A stretch of DNA of 64,000 nucleotides from an uncultured Bacteroides sp. Lineage in GTDB: Bacteria > Bacteroidota > Bacteroidia > Bacteroidales > GCA-2748055. The stretch is from contig CAZNSZ010000010.1 of the NCBI GenBank assembly GCA_964575865.1, positions 5,276 to 69,275 on the forward strand, in the 5' to 3' direction. The position numbers were made by a program, and so were the translations under genes. The notes beneath the pieces are model-generated. The model was not told where the DNA came from. It did not search any database and saw only the letters and a program-made list of their open reading frames with translations. Position 1 is the first letter of the stretch, and every line of letters begins with the position of its first letter. This document shows, one piece after another, positions 62,930 through 64,000 of the stretch.

Positions 62930-64000
62930 ATGAAAAATAAACAAATCAAAAGGGTTGACCTCATCTTCGAAAAGGTCGATTGTCGCGAAATCATGGAAAA
63001 AGTGATCCGGATGGAGCCCGATGCCATTTGCCAGGAGGTGCTTGAATCCGACCTCAGGGGACGCGGGGGTGCCGGCTTCCCCACGGGCCAGAAGTGGAGG
63101 TTCGCATCACAGGAGAAAGGCAATGTGAAATACATCGTTTGCAATGCGGACGAGGGGGAACCGGGAACATTCAAGGACAGGGAGATCCTGGACCAGGTAC
63201 CCGGAAAGGTATTCTGCGGGATGGCCGTCGCGGCCAGGGCAGTGGGTGCAAAGAACGGCTTCATTTACCTGCGCGGCGAATATAAATTCCTGATACCTAA
63301 ATTAAAGGATAGCCTCAACCTATTTCACGACCTGATGGAAGAATTCAACCACAACTTCCGGATTCAGATCCGTCTGGGAAGCGGTGCCTACATCTGCGGA
63401 GAGGAGAGTGCCCTTTTCGAATCCATCGAAGGGAGGCGCGGCGAACCCAGGAACAAGCCCCCCTATCCGACCAGTGTGGGATTGTTCGGGAAACCAACCG
63501 CCATCAACAATGTGGAAACCCTGGTGCATACCGTGGTAATCATGAAGTATGGTGCTGCCCATTTCCGGGAACTGGGCACCAAGGACTCCAGGGGATCCAA
63601 AGTATTCTCGATCTCGGGCGATACCCCCAGGGCGGGGATCTATGAACTGGAGCTCGGCATGTCGGTGGGACAGTTCGTGGAGGAGTTCGGGGACGGCGAT
63701 ACCAAGGCTGTGCAGGTGGGTGGTGCCTCCGGATTCTGTGTTCCCCGGAAACGTTTCGAGGAGACCATTATCGGTTTTGAGGGTGTTCCCACCGGGGGAT
63801 CCATGAAGCTTTTTAATTCCACCCGCTCCATGTACAATGTGCTGCACAACTACCTCGATTTCTTCGCCGAGGAATCCTGCGGTCAGTGCACACCCTGCAG
63901 GGTGGGCTGCCAGCAGCTTCTGAAGGGTGTGGAGGCGGTCAAGCGTGGGGACAAGAATTCCAAATACCTGGATGAACTGGTCAAACTGGCAAAGACCATG
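62930..64000 (+). CDS. NuoF/HndC-like NAD(P)H-binding FMN/Fe-S subunit (3' end outside window)
   Basis: Not in the ORF track because no stop is reached. My translation from the ATG at 62930 gives MKNKQIKRVDL...GRGGAGFPTGQKW...KYIVCNADEGEPGTFKDREIL, the NuoF FMN/NADH signatures. The frame is open to nt 64000. Confidence 0.85.
   Translation, partial: MKNKQIKRVDLIFEKVDCREIMEKVIRMEPDAICQEVLESDLRGRGGAGFPTGQKWRFASQEKGNVKYIVCNADEGEPGTFKDREILDQVPGKVFCGMAVAARAVGAKNGFIYLRGEYKFLIPKLKDSLNLFHDLMEEFNHNFRIQIRLGSGAYICGEESALFESIEGRRGEPRNKPPYPTSVGLFGKPTAINNVETLVHTVVIMKYGAAHFRELGTKDSRGSKVFSISGDTPRAGIYELELGMSVGQFVEEFGDGDTKAVQVGGASGFCVPRKRFEETIIGFEGVPTGGSMKLFNSTRSMYNVLHNYLDFFAEESCGQCTPCRVGCQQLLKGVEAVKRGDKNSKYLDELVKLAKTM

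Noticed and set aside
1-64000. Search for CRISPR arrays, tandem or interspersed repeats, IS elements or integrases, tRNA/rRNA genes, toxin-antitoxin pairs and known phage-defence systems.
   Set aside because: None seen. The intergenic space is too small, with the largest gap at 305 nt. Every ORF longer than 100 aa that is not antisense has a metabolic, envelope or regulatory assignment, and no direct-repeat/spacer periodicity was noticed. This was a visual scan, not a computed one.

Overview
This 64-kb window is densely coding, with about 54 CDS and only four intergenic gaps of roughly 150 nt or more. It looks like core chromosome of an anaerobic Bacteroidota-type organism. Supporting signs are a T9SS C-terminal sorting domain, Reg_prop/Y_Y_Y sensor repeats, a BlaR1-TonB fusion, TAnnTTTG -7 boxes at the expected distance from many start codons, and radical-SAM, U32, SelU and NuoEF/Hnd-type genes.

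I found no rRNA, tRNA, CRISPR array, integrase, transposase or recognisable phage-defence gene.

Gene content, in order:
- MFS + SIS pair, secreted hydrolase, orphan B12-radical-SAM enzyme, Tat-signal aldo/keto reductase.
- DNPH1-like dNMP N-glycosidase coupled to a cytosolic propeller-like protein.
- RND efflux operon (adaptor, pump, TolC) followed by an orphan MacB-type permease.
- mtaB and an arylsulfatase.
- Operon of receiver, dtd, mazG-like gene and deoC.
- TetR-headed operon: LolA-like protein, two FtsX permeases, ABC ATPase, outer-membrane barrel.
- ECF sigma / anti-sigma / barrel trio, then rsgA.
- Cluster of hybrid histidine kinase, AIM24-family protein, mnmH (selU) and U32 protein.
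- pepE, asmA-like gene and a histidine kinase.
- A 1,549-aa periplasmic sensor ending in a PP2C/SpoIIE phosphatase, preceded by a translationally coupled SRPBCC (START-like) protein.
- DUF3160 T9SS cargo protein, BlaI / BlaR1-TonB / TPR operon, and the start of a NuoE/NuoF-like (Hnd-type) flavoprotein operon.

The best candidates for something undescribed are:
1. The SRPBCC + mega-sensor PP2C pair, a possible bacterial analogue of START-receptor/PP2C signalling.
2. The TetR-controlled envelope machine, which has a LolA-like protein, FtsX permeases, an ABC ATPase and an OM barrel but no membrane-fusion protein.
3. The DNPH1-like + propeller pair.
4. A nucleotide-level signal: stop codons embedded in ACCGGT palindromes far more often than chance, including two perfect double-stop 10-mers between convergent genes.

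All protein family calls come from motif recognition by eye. No database search was run.
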